Made by a program: the position numbers and the translations under genes. 64,000 bases of DNA, from positions 58,357 to 122,356 of the forward strand of contig JALHMH010000010.1 in NCBI GenBank assembly GCA_022844165.1. The letters are read 5' to 3'. This DNA is from Lysobacterales bacterium. Lineage in GTDB: Bacteria > Pseudomonadota > Gammaproteobacteria > Xanthomonadales > SZUA-5. The notes below the pieces were generated by a model. That model made no database searches, was not told the origin of the DNA, and saw nothing but the letters and a program-made list of their open reading frames with translations. This document shows, piece after piece, positions 18,920-28,796 of this stretch. How positions within the stretch are numbered: the stretch's first letter is position 1; each line of letters begins with the position of its first letter.

Positions 18920-19830
18920 GTCAACGCCCGCTCGTTTCGATCATCGTCCCCAGCTACAACCAAGGGCGTTTCATCCGGCGCACGCTGGAGTCGATTTTCA
19001 AGCAGGACTATCGGCCGATCGAGGTGTTGGTCATCGATGGCGCGTCGACTGACGAGACGGTGGCGATCCTTAAAGAGTATTCGCGCTACCCCGAACTGCA
19101 TTGGGTGTCCGAGCCGGATCGTGGCGTTGTCGATGCCGTGAATAAAGGCCTCGCGCGAGCGACCGGTCAGATCGGCGCAATTCAAAGCTCTGACGACTTC
19201 TATCTGCCGGGCGCGATAATGGCAGCCGTCGCGGCGCTCTTAGCCGATCCACGATTAGCGTTTGTGTTCGGCGACATCAAAACCATCGATGCGGACGGCA
19301 AGGAACTTCACCGCACCCATCTCGGGCCGTTTTCGCCACTGGCTGTATTTGCTTTGGATGTGTGGATTCCGCAACCGTCAACGTTTTTCAGATTGGATAT
19401 TGCCAAAGAAATGGGCGGCTGGCGCGAAAGCGTCCCATATGCTGCAGACACTGATCTGTGGCTGCGTATGGCGCTCAAACACCCGGCGCAGAAGATCGAT
19501 GTTCTGATGGCCGAACGCTCCATTCACGAAGCTCAACGCGACAAACAAGGGAAGCGCATCGCTTACGACTATGGCCAGTGCATTGACACCTTGCCTGGTT
19601 TGTCGGACGCCCCGGCGGGCGTTCGTCGTGCAGCGCAGGCGAGCAAATATTTGGTCCAACTGCGTTACGACCCGAACGTGGGCGAATGGACACGTGTCGG
19701 TCGTTACTGGCGGGCTGCCTTCGCGTGGCCACGTTTATTTTGGCGGCACTCGCCCTACCAGTATTTTCCTTATGGGCCTTACTGTCGCGCGCTGCCCGGC
19801 CGCATGGCGCGGGCATTAGGTTTGCGCTGA
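18916..19830 (+). CDS. Glycosyltransferase family 2, 304 aa
   Basis: TTGA overlap. VSIIVPSYNQGRFIRRTLESI...VLVIDGASTDET and SSDD motifs. Confidence 0.85.
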   Translation: MSQRPLVSIIVPSYNQGRFIRRTLESIFKQDYRPIEVLVIDGASTDETVAILKEYSRYPELHWVSEPDRGVVDAVNKGLARATGQIGAIQSSDDFYLPGAIMAAVAALLADPRLAFVFGDIKTIDADGKELHRTHLGPFSPLAVFALDVWIPQPSTFFRLDIAKEMGGWRESVPYAADTDLWLRMALKHPAQKIDVLMAERSIHEAQRDKQGKRIAYDYGQCIDTLPGLSDAPAGVRRAAQASKYLVQLRYDPNVGEWTRVGRYWRAAFAWPRLFWRHSPYQYFPYGPYCRALPGRMARALGLR

Positions 19831-21668
19831 TGTGTGCCATCTTCGGAAGCGTCGGCCGCCGCGATCACTGCGGTTTGCGTGAGGCGGCGTTGACACTTCG
19901 CCATCGTGGGCCAGACGGCTTTGGCGAATACGCGTCCCCCGACCTGCTCGCCTACCTTGCGCATTGCCGCTTGTCGATCATCGACCTGAGCGAGGCTGGG
20001 CACCAGCCAATGAGCAACGAAGACGGTACGATCCTTCTGAGCTACAACGGCGAGATCTACAACTTCCAGGAACTGCGCTCGCAATTGCTTGCAGCAGGTC
20101 ATCGCTTTCGCTCACACACCGATTCGGAGGTCGTCGTTCACGGCTACGAGCAGTGGGGCGAAGATGTCGTCAAACGACTGCGCGGAATATTCGCATTTGC
20201 GATCTGGGATGGTCCGCGCCGCCGTCTGTTCCTGGCGCGCGACCACCTCGGCGTGAAGCCGTTGTACTACCGATTGCGCGGTGTCGAGCTGACCTTCGCA
20301 TCCGAGCCCAAGGCAATCCTGCATTCGATGCCGGAGGCGCCGGCGCTCAACGTGAGTTCGTGCCTTCAATACCTGAGGTTGGGTTACACGCACGGCGTAC
20401 GCACGGTGTACGACGGCATCTCACGGTTGCCACCGGGAAGCACCCTCAGTTTTGATGCTGCAACCGGCGTGGTCGAGCGACACATCTATTGGCGTCCGAG
20501 CGCGGAACCGTCTGCAATATCGGAAACTGACGCCGCCGAGGCGCTCCGGGCATTGCTCAGTCAATCGGTGCGCGAACAAATGGTCAGCGACGTCAAGCTC
20601 GGTGTGTTCCTGAGCGGCGGTATCGACTCATCGTTAGTGGCGGCGTTCGCCGCAGATGCGCGGCCCGACATCGACAGCTACTTTGTCGACGTGCTCGGCT
20701 GGGATGGCAGCGAGCGTGGCGATGCCGCGGCCGCTGCTCAGCATTTGCATACGCGGCACCACGTGCGCGAGATCGATGGTGGCGATCTTCGCCTGTCCAA
20801 TCGCGAAAGGGCGGCGCGCATTTTCGATACCTTCGATGAGCCGATGTCCGACGCGGCCATCATCCCAAACTGGCACCTCGCAGCGTTGATGCGCCGCGAT
20901 GTTGGCGTGGCGCTTTCGGGCGATGGTGGCGATGAGTTGTTTGGCGGATATGCCTGGTATCGTCAAGCGCGTGCAACGCCGCGGCGTCGCCTCGCGTGGC
21001 GCATCGAAACCGTGCGCCGGCGCTTGGGGTTCGGGCGCGAATGGCCTGCAGGCTGCGCCAACCAGCACGAGTACTACCATCTGCTGCAATGCCCGTCGTT
21101 TACGCGCAGCGAGCTTGCCCAGCTTTTTCCGACGTGGCACGCAGACGTCGCGCTGCTTGGAAGCGGGATCGATCCTGCGACGAGCGATGCAACTGAACAC
21201 GATCAGCGCTATTGGCAAGACCTGGATTTCAGGACGTTTCTCGTCGACAACAATCTGGCGCGAATGGATCGCGCTTCGATGGCACACGGTTTGGAGGTGC
21301 GCGTTCCGTTGCTCGATCATCGCATTGCAGAACTGTCGCTGGCGCTGCCCGCAACGCTGATCGATGCCGAACGCTCCGGGGGCAAACCACTGCTGCGGCG
21401 ACTTGCCGCCGATCGGCTGCCGCGAACGCTGGTCGAGAAGCGCAAGCAGGGATTCTCATTTCCAATCAGTCGTTTGATCTCGATGCAGGAGATGGTTCAG
21501 TCGATTGGCGCTGGCGTTCTGCTGCGCGCTGGCGTACTCGATCGCGCCGGCTGGCAGAACTGGCTGTCCGGAGCAGCAGGTAGCCATCGACAACTGCAGC
21601 TCTGGCAGTTGTTCGTGTTCGATATCTGGGCGACGCGTTGGATGCCCGGCGTGGCGCGCACCGGATGA
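19830..21668 (+). CDS. Asparagine synthase-like glutamine amidotransferase (second paralogue), 612 aa
   Basis: MCAIFG provides the Cys2 nucleophile. HRGPDG motif. PP-loop FLSGGIDSS. The track start at 19686 lies inside the upstream GT2 gene and is rejected. Confidence 0.9.
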   Translation: MCAIFGSVGRRDHCGLREAALTLRHRGPDGFGEYASPDLLAYLAHCRLSIIDLSEAGHQPMSNEDGTILLSYNGEIYNFQELRSQLLAAGHRFRSHTDSEVVVHGYEQWGEDVVKRLRGIFAFAIWDGPRRRLFLARDHLGVKPLYYRLRGVELTFASEPKAILHSMPEAPALNVSSCLQYLRLGYTHGVRTVYDGISRLPPGSTLSFDAATGVVERHIYWRPSAEPSAISETDAAEALRALLSQSVREQMVSDVKLGVFLSGGIDSSLVAAFAADARPDIDSYFVDVLGWDGSERGDAAAAAQHLHTRHHVREIDGGDLRLSNRERAARIFDTFDEPMSDAAIIPNWHLAALMRRDVGVALSGDGGDELFGGYAWYRQARATPRRRLAWRIETVRRRLGFGREWPAGCANQHEYYHLLQCPSFTRSELAQLFPTWHADVALLGSGIDPATSDATEHDQRYWQDLDFRTFLVDNNLARMDRASMAHGLEVRVPLLDHRIAELSLALPATLIDAERSGGKPLLRRLAADRLPRTLVEKRKQGFSFPISRLISMQEMVQSIGAGVLLRAGVLDRAGWQNWLSGAAGSHRQLQLWQLFVFDIWATRWMPGVARTG

Positions 21669-22747
21669 GCGCCAGTCGCTGGCTGCGCGACTTGCCGGGC
21701 GTCGTGCTTCGCGACATGCCACGCTATCGGACCGCTCTGGCGCATTCCGGGAAGGGATTTGATAGCGATCACCGAGGATGGATCAGCTTGAGCAATCGGG
21801 CCGAGTTGCTGCGGCGCGCGTCCTCGGGTCCAGGTTACGAATGCGATTGGGCCTGGGGGAGCGAGCTGCGCGCTGCCGCCGTGATCCCGCCATTGGCGCG
21901 GCGTCTGTTCGCAGCCGCGTTTGAAGAATGGCCAATCGCTTTTGCCGATACACCGCAGGCCTCGGGTGAACCACAGTTGTCGTTCGTGTTCGCACACAAC
22001 GGATCCGATCGGCTTGCGCAGCTTCGGCAGACGATTCGTGCGGTATTTGCACAGGACATTCCCTGCGAAGTCATCGTCGTCGATCAAAGCGAAACGCCGC
22101 TGGTCGCAGAAATGCCCGCTGGCGTCCGTTATCGCCATCTCGCCAAAGATGGCGTCGCACCAGGATGGTACAAATCCTGGGCCTACAATGTTGGCGCGCG
22201 GCTCGCAATTGCGCCGATCCTGGTGTTCCACGATGGCGATACCTTGCCGCCGAAGCGTTATGCCGAGTGCGTTGTCGATGCGATTCGGAACCGCGGCTAC
22301 CTGGCGGCCTCGCTGCAACGCTTTATGTTCTACCTCAACCCGGCTGACTCGCGGACAGTTCAATCGAGCGACAAATTCGCGGATATGAGACCGACATCGA
22401 TATTCCAGAACTGGAAGGGCGGGACGATTGCTGTCGAACGAAGTGCATTCTTCGCTGCCGGCGGATACGATGAATCGTTCGTCGATTGGGGCGGCGAGGA
22501 CGACGAGTTTTTCGATCGTTTGGCAGACATGGGCCACTGCCGTTCGGGGTTCATTCCCTTCGTGCACCTATGGCATGCGCCGCAGGCGACCTCGCGCCTT
22601 CGAGGCAGCGGCAACATCCGGCGCCTGCAAGAGCTCTTGGCGCTTGACCGGCCATCGCGCCGTGCGCAACTCGTACGACGGGATTGCGGCCGAATCGATG
22701 GGCCCTCATCGATTCGTTCGCAGCCCAATCAGGGACTCGAATCGTGA
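21665..22747 (+). CDS. GT-A glycosyltransferase, GT2 / galactosyltransferase-C-like, 360 aa
   Basis: ATGA overlap. LSFVFAHNGSDR...VIVVDQS, HDGDTL (DxD-like), and WGGEDDEFFDRL resembling the Glyco_transf_7C motif. Confidence 0.7.
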   Translation: MSASRWLRDLPGVVLRDMPRYRTALAHSGKGFDSDHRGWISLSNRAELLRRASSGPGYECDWAWGSELRAAAVIPPLARRLFAAAFEEWPIAFADTPQASGEPQLSFVFAHNGSDRLAQLRQTIRAVFAQDIPCEVIVVDQSETPLVAEMPAGVRYRHLAKDGVAPGWYKSWAYNVGARLAIAPILVFHDGDTLPPKRYAECVVDAIRNRGYLAASLQRFMFYLNPADSRTVQSSDKFADMRPTSIFQNWKGGTIAVERSAFFAAGGYDESFVDWGGEDDEFFDRLADMGHCRSGFIPFVHLWHAPQATSRLRGSGNIRRLQELLALDRPSRRAQLVRRDCGRIDGPSSIRSQPNQGLES

Positions 22748-23484
22748 TCGCGCAGCTCAAGGCCTTGTTGCCCAACAGTGCGAAAGCGACCCTGCGCCGA
22801 TGGCAGCGCATCGTGAGGAACTACGGTTCGGCGCGAAGCTGCAACGTGTGCGGGCATGCCCTGGGAATGTTCACAACGCACGGCGTGCCGCCGGAGCCGG
22901 ATTTTCTGTGTCCCGTGTGCTATTCGAAACCGCCCCACCGACTTGCTCAGCACTGGTTCGCCAGCCATTGGCACCTGTTTCGACCGGGCGTGATTGTGCA
23001 TATTGCGCCGGAACCGGAATTGAGTCGTCGTCTGGAACGTACAGCATTGCGTGCTTCGATGCTCTATCGCAAGGGCAGTATCCAAGGGAGCGGAGAGCAG
23101 TATCTGAACTTGCTGAGCTTGCCCTTCGACGATGCCAGCGTCGATCTCCTCTACTGCTGCCACGTCCTCAACAGCATGCAGGATGATCGAGGCGCAATGC
23201 GCGAGGTTCGCCGTGTACTGAAGCCTACGGGAACGGCTCTGCTGCAAGTGCCCGCGTTCTATCAAGGCGCAACCACGCTAGAGACGAATAGCGACGCCGA
23301 GCGCTCGGCTGTTTTCAACGATGTGGGCATTGCGCGTTGCTACACCGAGGCCGATTACGGCAGGCGGCTGGTTGAGGCCGGTTTCGATTTCGTCGTGTAT
23401 AGAGCTACCGACTTGCCGCACAAGCTGGTTGAGGCGCATGCGCTGCATCGCGAGATTCTTCATGTTTGCCGTCGCGCGCCATGA
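22744..23484 (+). CDS. Class I SAM methyltransferase (Methyltransf_11-like) with a zinc-ribbon, 246 aa
   Basis: GTGA overlap. CNVCGH...CPVCYS zinc-ribbon. VDLLYCCHVLNSMQDD and LKPTGTALLQVP motifs. Confidence 0.68.
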   Translation: MIAQLKALLPNSAKATLRRWQRIVRNYGSARSCNVCGHALGMFTTHGVPPEPDFLCPVCYSKPPHRLAQHWFASHWHLFRPGVIVHIAPEPELSRRLERTALRASMLYRKGSIQGSGEQYLNLLSLPFDDASVDLLYCCHVLNSMQDDRGAMREVRRVLKPTGTALLQVPAFYQGATTLETNSDAERSAVFNDVGIARCYTEADYGRRLVEAGFDFVVYRATDLPHKLVEAHALHREILHVCRRAP

Positions 23485-24266
23485 CCTGCATTGTCAGCCT
23501 GACGTTCGACGACGGTCTCGATGTTCACCTGGACGTTGTCATGCCGATGCTCGAAGAGCACGGTTTCCTCGGGACATTTTACGTGAGCATCGGTTCGGAA
23601 TCCTTCAACCAACGTTGGAGCGATTGGACTGCGGCGGCGAGGCGCGGACACGAACTGGGCAATCACACCATTTTTCATCCTGGCGTTTCGTCGAAGTCCT
23701 GGGTGACTTCCGGCATTGCGCTCGAAAATTACGACCTGGATCGCATGCGGGTCGAATTGCGCACTGCCAATCGTATTTTGCACAACATCGACGGTCGCGA
23801 GCACCGGAGTTTTGCATTTCCGTGCAGCAATCCTTGGCTTGGGCGGCGCGGACCGATCTGGCGCATCGCCGGTCGTTTGCCGCAGGGGCCGCGCTGGCAG
23901 AATTGGGTCAGCCGTCTTGGCATTGATGTCGCGAGCGGCCTGGTGGACTACACGACGATCGTTCGCGATGAGTTTCCGGCGGCGCGTTGTGGCGGCATTG
24001 ACGCTGCAGTATTGCCAGCGCGACCTGCTGATTGGCATCGGATTCCTGCGCTTGAAGGCGACGGACGCAGCGCAGACGATGTGATGTCGGATTTGGAAAT
24101 TGCGGCGGCTCGCAACGCGTTCGCGCCACTGGTGTTCCACGGAATTGGCGGAGGCCATCGGCTATCGATGGCACGCGACGATTTCGGCAGATTGTTGGCG
24201 TTCCTGGCCAACGATCCGCGCTTCACGGTTTTGCCGCTGGTGACGGCGGCTGAGAGGGCGCGATGA
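23481..24266 (+). CDS. Polysaccharide deacetylase family protein (NodB-like), 261 aa
   Basis: ATGA overlap. SLTFDDGLDVHLDVVMPMLEEHGFLGTFYV carries the TFDDG motif, and LGNHTIFH is a His motif. Confidence 0.75.
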   Translation: MTCIVSLTFDDGLDVHLDVVMPMLEEHGFLGTFYVSIGSESFNQRWSDWTAAARRGHELGNHTIFHPGVSSKSWVTSGIALENYDLDRMRVELRTANRILHNIDGREHRSFAFPCSNPWLGRRGPIWRIAGRLPQGPRWQNWVSRLGIDVASGLVDYTTIVRDEFPAARCGGIDAAVLPARPADWHRIPALEGDGRSADDVMSDLEIAAARNAFAPLVFHGIGGGHRLSMARDDFGRLLAFLANDPRFTVLPLVTAAERAR

Positions 24267-25261
24267 TCGAGCCAGGCCTGGTCAGTGTGATTATTCCGGT
24301 CCGAAACCGTGCGCCGATGCTGCAAGAAGCCGTCGCCAGCGTACTGGCGCAGACTTACCGCCGTTTCGAGATCCTCATTTGCGACGACGGATCCGATGAC
24401 GACACGCCACAACTCGGTCGGGCATTGGCTGACCAGTACCCGGGTCTGGTTCACTATCGTTGGGCGGAAAACTGTGGCGCCGGCCCAGCCCGCGAGCGCG
24501 GTCGTCAGGAAGCGCGCGGCGAATATGTGCAGTATCTCGACAGCGATGACAGTTTGTGGCCACGCAAGTTCGAAGTGCAGATCGCCGCGCTCGCGAAAAA
24601 CACCAGCGCGCACATTGCCTACGGCTGGATCCGGCTTTGTCGAGAGGGTGAGGTCCCAGCTTCGACGCCCCACAAGTGGTCCGGTCGCGAGGCGACCGCG
24701 CTGTTCCCGGGGCTGTTGATCGATCGCTGGTGGAACACCAACGCGCCGTTGTGGCGACGAAGCTTGACCGACGCGATCGGTCCATGGAGCAATCTCCGTT
24801 ACTCGCAAGATTGGGAATACGACGCTCGCGCTGGGGCGCTGAACGCAAGACTCGCCTACTGCGCGGAGTTCGTCACCGATCAACGGCATCATGCTGCGGA
24901 TCGGCAGACGGGCACCGGCCGCTGGCTTGCGCCCGCAGACAGGGTGCGTTTTTTCGATCGCTTGCATCGTTGTGCAGTGGCTGCCGGCGTTTCCCGTGAA
25001 GACCCGGCGATGCGGCATTTTTCGCGGTGGGTGTTTCGCCACGCCAGAGAATGCGCACAACTGGCCGATCAACAGGCCGCAACCGAGTTATTGGCCATTG
25101 CCGAACGGGCCGGTGCGTGTCGCGACGTGCGCATCTTTCGTTGGCTCGCAGGGGCACTGGGTTGGTCTCGCGTCGCGCATTGGAGCGAATTCGCTCGCAG
25201 ACTGCGGGGACGCGCCGCGGGTCGCGATACGCAACGACAGTCGTGGATGTCGCCGCCATGA
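24263..25261 (+). CDS. Glycosyltransferase family 2, 332 aa
   Basis: ATGA overlap. VSVIIPVRNRAPMLQEAVASV...ILICDDGSDDDT and YLDSDD motifs. Confidence 0.85.
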   Translation: MIEPGLVSVIIPVRNRAPMLQEAVASVLAQTYRRFEILICDDGSDDDTPQLGRALADQYPGLVHYRWAENCGAGPARERGRQEARGEYVQYLDSDDSLWPRKFEVQIAALAKNTSAHIAYGWIRLCREGEVPASTPHKWSGREATALFPGLLIDRWWNTNAPLWRRSLTDAIGPWSNLRYSQDWEYDARAGALNARLAYCAEFVTDQRHHAADRQTGTGRWLAPADRVRFFDRLHRCAVAAGVSREDPAMRHFSRWVFRHARECAQLADQQAATELLAIAERAGACRDVRIFRWLAGALGWSRVAHWSEFARRLRGRAAGRDTQRQSWMSPP

Positions 25262-26217
25262 CCGGCCCCAAGATTTCGGTCGTCATGAGCGCGTACAACG
25301 ATGCCCGGCACGTGAACCTGGCGCTCGACAGCCTGCTCGTGAGCCAGGATGCTGAGATCGAGTGTATCGTCGTCGACGACGGATCGACAGATGAGACGCC
25401 AAATTTACTGCAACGGCGCGCAGCCACCGATTCGCGCCTGCGCATCGTGCGTCAGTCCAATGCCGGTTTGACGCAGGCGCTGATTGCGGGATGTGCACTG
25501 GCGCGTGGCGACTACATCGCTCGTCAGGATGCCGATGATCTGTCGTTGCCGGGCCGCTTGCAGTTGCAGGCGAGCATGCTCGATGCTAATCGCGACCTCA
25601 GCTTCGTTTCGAGTTGGGCCGAAGTCATAGGCCCCAACGACGAACCCCTTCTGCTGCACAAGCGACCAGCCGGTGCAACCGCGGCGACGCAGCTTCTGGT
25701 CCACGGACGTTGCGGCCCGCCGGGGCATGGCAGCGTGATGATGCGGCGCAGCGCTTACGAGCGTGTGGGCGGATACCGCGCGAAGTTTTACTATGCGCAG
25801 GACTCGGACCTCTGGCTGCGCCTGGCGGAGGTGGGCCAACTCGACTACGTGCAAAAGGCGTTGTATCGCTATCGGATCGCAACCGAGTCCATCAGCGGGC
25901 GATTGCATCAATACAAACTGCCGTATGCGCGCCTGATCGACGAGATCCATGCCGCGCGCCTGCGCGGAGACGACGCCGAGTCCGTCTACGAACGCGCGGA
26001 ACTGCCGCCGCGATCGATCCAACCAGCATCGACGAGCGCTGCGACAACCTCGTACTTCATTGGACGTTGCCTGCTGTCGCGTCGCGATCCGCGCGCGCGG
26101 CAGTATCTGCGCAACGCATTGCGCGCCGAGCCGTGGAAACCGCGGCATTGGATTTCGGTCGCGCTCGCCGAGTTCGGCGCGCCATTCTTCTCGCCATACG
26201 GGAAGCCGCTCGCCTGA
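25258..26217 (+). CDS. Glycosyltransferase family 2, 319 aa
   Basis: ATGA overlap. ISVVMSAYNDARHVNLALDSL...CIVVDDGSTDET and RQDADD motifs. Confidence 0.85.
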   Translation: MTGPKISVVMSAYNDARHVNLALDSLLVSQDAEIECIVVDDGSTDETPNLLQRRAATDSRLRIVRQSNAGLTQALIAGCALARGDYIARQDADDLSLPGRLQLQASMLDANRDLSFVSSWAEVIGPNDEPLLLHKRPAGATAATQLLVHGRCGPPGHGSVMMRRSAYERVGGYRAKFYYAQDSDLWLRLAEVGQLDYVQKALYRYRIATESISGRLHQYKLPYARLIDEIHAARLRGDDAESVYERAELPPRSIQPASTSAATTSYFIGRCLLSRRDPRARQYLRNALRAEPWKPRHWISVALAEFGAPFFSPYGKPLA

Positions 26218-27383
26218 GAATTCTGTTCGCCGCAGATGTCACGCCGAATCCGGACTCAGGTGCGGCGGGAACCGAATGGCAGACGATCCTCGCGCTGCGT
26301 GAGCTCGGGCACGAGGTCGAGACGATTTGGGCGGAGGACTTGGGCCGGCGGATCCAGCATGGCAATCTGCATTATTTGCTGGAGCTGCCGCGACGTTACC
26401 GCACGGTCATTGCGCAGCGCTGCGAAAGGCGTCAGTTCAACGTGCTGCATGTGAATCAGGGACATTGTTACCTTGCCGCGATCGACCACCAGCGACGGCA
26501 GCGCAGTGGGATTTTCGTTTGTCGCAGCCACGGTCTGGACGACCATATGGAGCAGGTTCTCGCGCCGTGGCGACAACGTCTGAGTGTGGCAGCGGCATCG
26601 TCGGGCAAGCGCGCGCTCAGCGCGCTGCTGTGGCGAGCGCTGGCGCGGCACGATCGGCTCGCCTATCGCCATGCCGATGGCGTGCTCGTGAGCGCCAGCC
26701 ACGATGCCGAGTACCTGACCAACACCATGCGCGTGGCGCCCGAACGCGTTGCGGCGGTCGCGCAGGCTCCTGCAGCTGCATTTGTCGAGAACGTTGCCCC
26801 GACCATGAATGCGACACGCGCGCGCAAGCTGTTGCATGTTGGCGGTTTCGCGTACTGGAAAGGTGTCCATGCGGTGGCAGAAGCGGCGAACGCCATATTG
26901 CCCGCGGCGCCGGACGCGACACTGACCTGGGTATGCCGCGAGGAAGAGCACGCAAAGGTTCATGCGCTCCTGGCGCCAGCGGTGCGTTCGCAAGTCACAT
27001 TGCGTTCGTGGGTGCCGCAGGCGGAATTGCGCGAAATCTATGACGCCCACGGGATTTTCCTGGCGCCGTCATTGTTCGAAGGATTTGGCAAGGTGTTCCT
27101 GGAAGCAATGGCGCGTGGCCTGATCGTCATCGGCACGCCAACCGGAGGCATGCGTGACATCATTCGCCCTGAGCGCGATGGGTACATTGTGCCGTTTCAC
27201 GACCCAGCGGCACTTGTGGCGGCCGTAACGCGCGTTTGGAATCGGCCCGACACTGCGCAAGCGATGTCCGAGGCCGCTGCCAGCCGCGCACGCGAATACT
27301 CCTGGCGGCGCACCGCGCTCGAAGTTGCTACCTTTTATCAGAGGCTCATAGATCGTCGTGGCCTTGCCAACCATGTTGGTTAG
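26214..27383 (+). CDS. Glycosyltransferase family 4 (start codon uncertain), about 389 aa
   Basis: The conserved N-terminus RILFAADV begins right at the upstream stop. EX7E region [20 protein letters not shown]. The only nearby in-frame starts are CTG 26214 (a CTGA overlap) or TTG 26148. Most of track ORF 25614.. is upstream overprint. Confidence 0.72.
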   Translation: MRILFAADVTPNPDSGAAGTEWQTILALRELGHEVETIWAEDLGRRIQHGNLHYLLELPRRYRTVIAQRCERRQFNVLHVNQGHCYLAAIDHQRRQRSGIFVCRSHGLDDHMEQVLAPWRQRLSVAAASSGKRALSALLWRALARHDRLAYRHADGVLVSASHDAEYLTNTMRVAPERVAAVAQAPAAAFVENVAPTMNATRARKLLHVGGFAYWKGVHAVAEAANAILPAAPDATLTWVCREEEHAKVHALLAPAVRSQVTLRSWVPQAELREIYDAHGIFLAPSLFEGFGKVFLEAMARGLIVIGTPTGGMRDIIRPERDGYIVPFHDPAALVAAVTRVWNRPDTAQAMSEAAASRAREYSWRRTALEVATFYQRLIDRRGLANHVG

Positions 27384-27936
27384 GCGCCTGTACGCGACGC
27401 TCGAATGGTGGCGCATCGCCAGGTGTCGTCTGCGCACCCATCTATGGCGTTTGCGAGGTGGGAGCGAGATTCACGGCAAGTGTCTGATCGATGGCGGCGT
27501 GAGAATCGAGCGGCCGTGGTTGGTCAGGCTTGGGCCGCGGTGTGTACTGCAGCGCGATGTGTGGTTAAACACGACCGGAGACCATGCGCGGATTGAGATT
27601 GGCGCTTTTGGCTTTGTCGGACGCGGTGTCCAGTTCGAAGTCAGTAACGCAATCGTCATTGGTCGGGGCGTTCTCATCGCGCCCGGCGTGTATCTGACCG
27701 ATCACAATCACAGCACCGCGCCCGGCCCGCCGATGTTCGAGCAGGCTTGCACCGCGGCACCCATTGCCATTGGCGACGATGTGTGGATCGGGGCAAACGC
27801 GGTGGTGCTGCCGGGCGTCACCATTGGTGCCGGTGCAGTGGTGGCGGCGGGTGCCGTCGTGCATCGCGATGTGCCGCCAAGGGCGATCGTCGGCGGCGTG
27901 CCGGCGCGAATCATCCGATTTCGAGAGGACGCATGA
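27373..27936 (+). CDS. Left-handed beta-helix (hexapeptide) O-acetyltransferase, 187 aa
   Basis: Hexapeptide repeats [13 protein letters not shown] and [31 protein letters not shown], followed by [10 protein letters not shown]. Confidence 0.8.
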   Translation: MLVRRLYATLEWWRIARCRLRTHLWRLRGGSEIHGKCLIDGGVRIERPWLVRLGPRCVLQRDVWLNTTGDHARIEIGAFGFVGRGVQFEVSNAIVIGRGVLIAPGVYLTDHNHSTAPGPPMFEQACTAAPIAIGDDVWIGANAVVLPGVTIGAGAVVAAGAVVHRDVPPRAIVGGVPARIIRFREDA

Positions 27937-28796
27937 ATCACAACAAGTTGCGAGCGGTTTGTTGGCTCAATCGCTTCGGCGTGCTGCCGAGGGTCCGACG
28001 CGCATTTGCGCGAACGCCGCCCGGCACCTTGGTCGATCGTGAGTTGTTTGGTCTGACGCAAGTGCTCGATATCGGCCGCAGCGATGCTCAACAGCTGCTG
28101 TTCGTCGAAGGCGAGCGCTTCATCGAGGAGCGCCATTTGCTGCGCCGGCTGTTGCGCCCCGGCATGACGGTCGTCGATGTCGGCGCCAACATCGGTTACT
28201 ACCTGCTATTGGCCAAACAGATCTGCGGTGCTGATGCGCGCGTCATCTGCATTGAGCCATCGCAAGAGAATCTGCCGGAACTGAAGGAGACCATTGAGCG
28301 CAATCGTATGCGCGACGTCATCGTACACGAAGTGGCGCTCGGCGATCGCGATGGCGAGATCGGATTGCGCTCCGGGATCAACAGCGGCGTCGTCGAAGGC
28401 GGCGGCGAGTACCGGGTTCCTGTGCGGCGCTTGGATGAACTGATCGAAGAGCGAGTGGATTTCATCAAGATCGATGTGGAAGGTTTCGAGGGGCAGGTGC
28501 TGCTTGGCGCCGTCGAGTTGCTGAAACGCTGGCGCCCGCTGTTGTTCCTGGAATTGCATCCCTTGGGGACCGGCCGCTTTGGACACAGTTGTCGCGCGAT
28601 TTTGGATCGTCTGCGTGAGATCTACTCAACGATCGAGCTGTATCACAAACACCCCACCCAGGGACCGCTCGACAAGGTACTGCTGCGGTACGGGTTGAGG
28701 GCCCCGGTTGTGCCGGTCATGGATGCTGATGACTATGTAGCCCGGCATGATGCGAGCGCTGCGTTCCACACCTACTGGGCCGTCTGCCGGCCATGA
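27933..28796 (+). CDS. FkbM-family methyltransferase, 287 aa
   Basis: ATGA overlap. [13 protein letters not shown] and [16 protein letters not shown] motifs. Confidence 0.8.
   Translation: MNHNKLRAVCWLNRFGVLPRVRRAFARTPPGTLVDRELFGLTQVLDIGRSDAQQLLFVEGERFIEERHLLRRLLRPGMTVVDVGANIGYYLLLAKQICGADARVICIEPSQENLPELKETIERNRMRDVIVHEVALGDRDGEIGLRSGINSGVVEGGGEYRVPVRRLDELIEERVDFIKIDVEGFEGQVLLGAVELLKRWRPLLFLELHPLGTGRFGHSCRAILDRLREIYSTIELYHKHPTQGPLDKVLLRYGLRAPVVPVMDADDYVARHDASAAFHTYWAVCRP

Noticed and set aside
11058-28796. AsnB-like amidotransferases plus FkbM methyltransferases as markers of a PEP-CTERM/exosortase EPS system
   Set aside because: No exosortase (EpsH-like), PEP-CTERM protein, Wza/Wzc or chain-length tyrosine kinase genes are present in the window. 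Wzm/Wzt and a WecA-family initiating enzyme point to an ABC-dependent O-antigen-type pathway instead.
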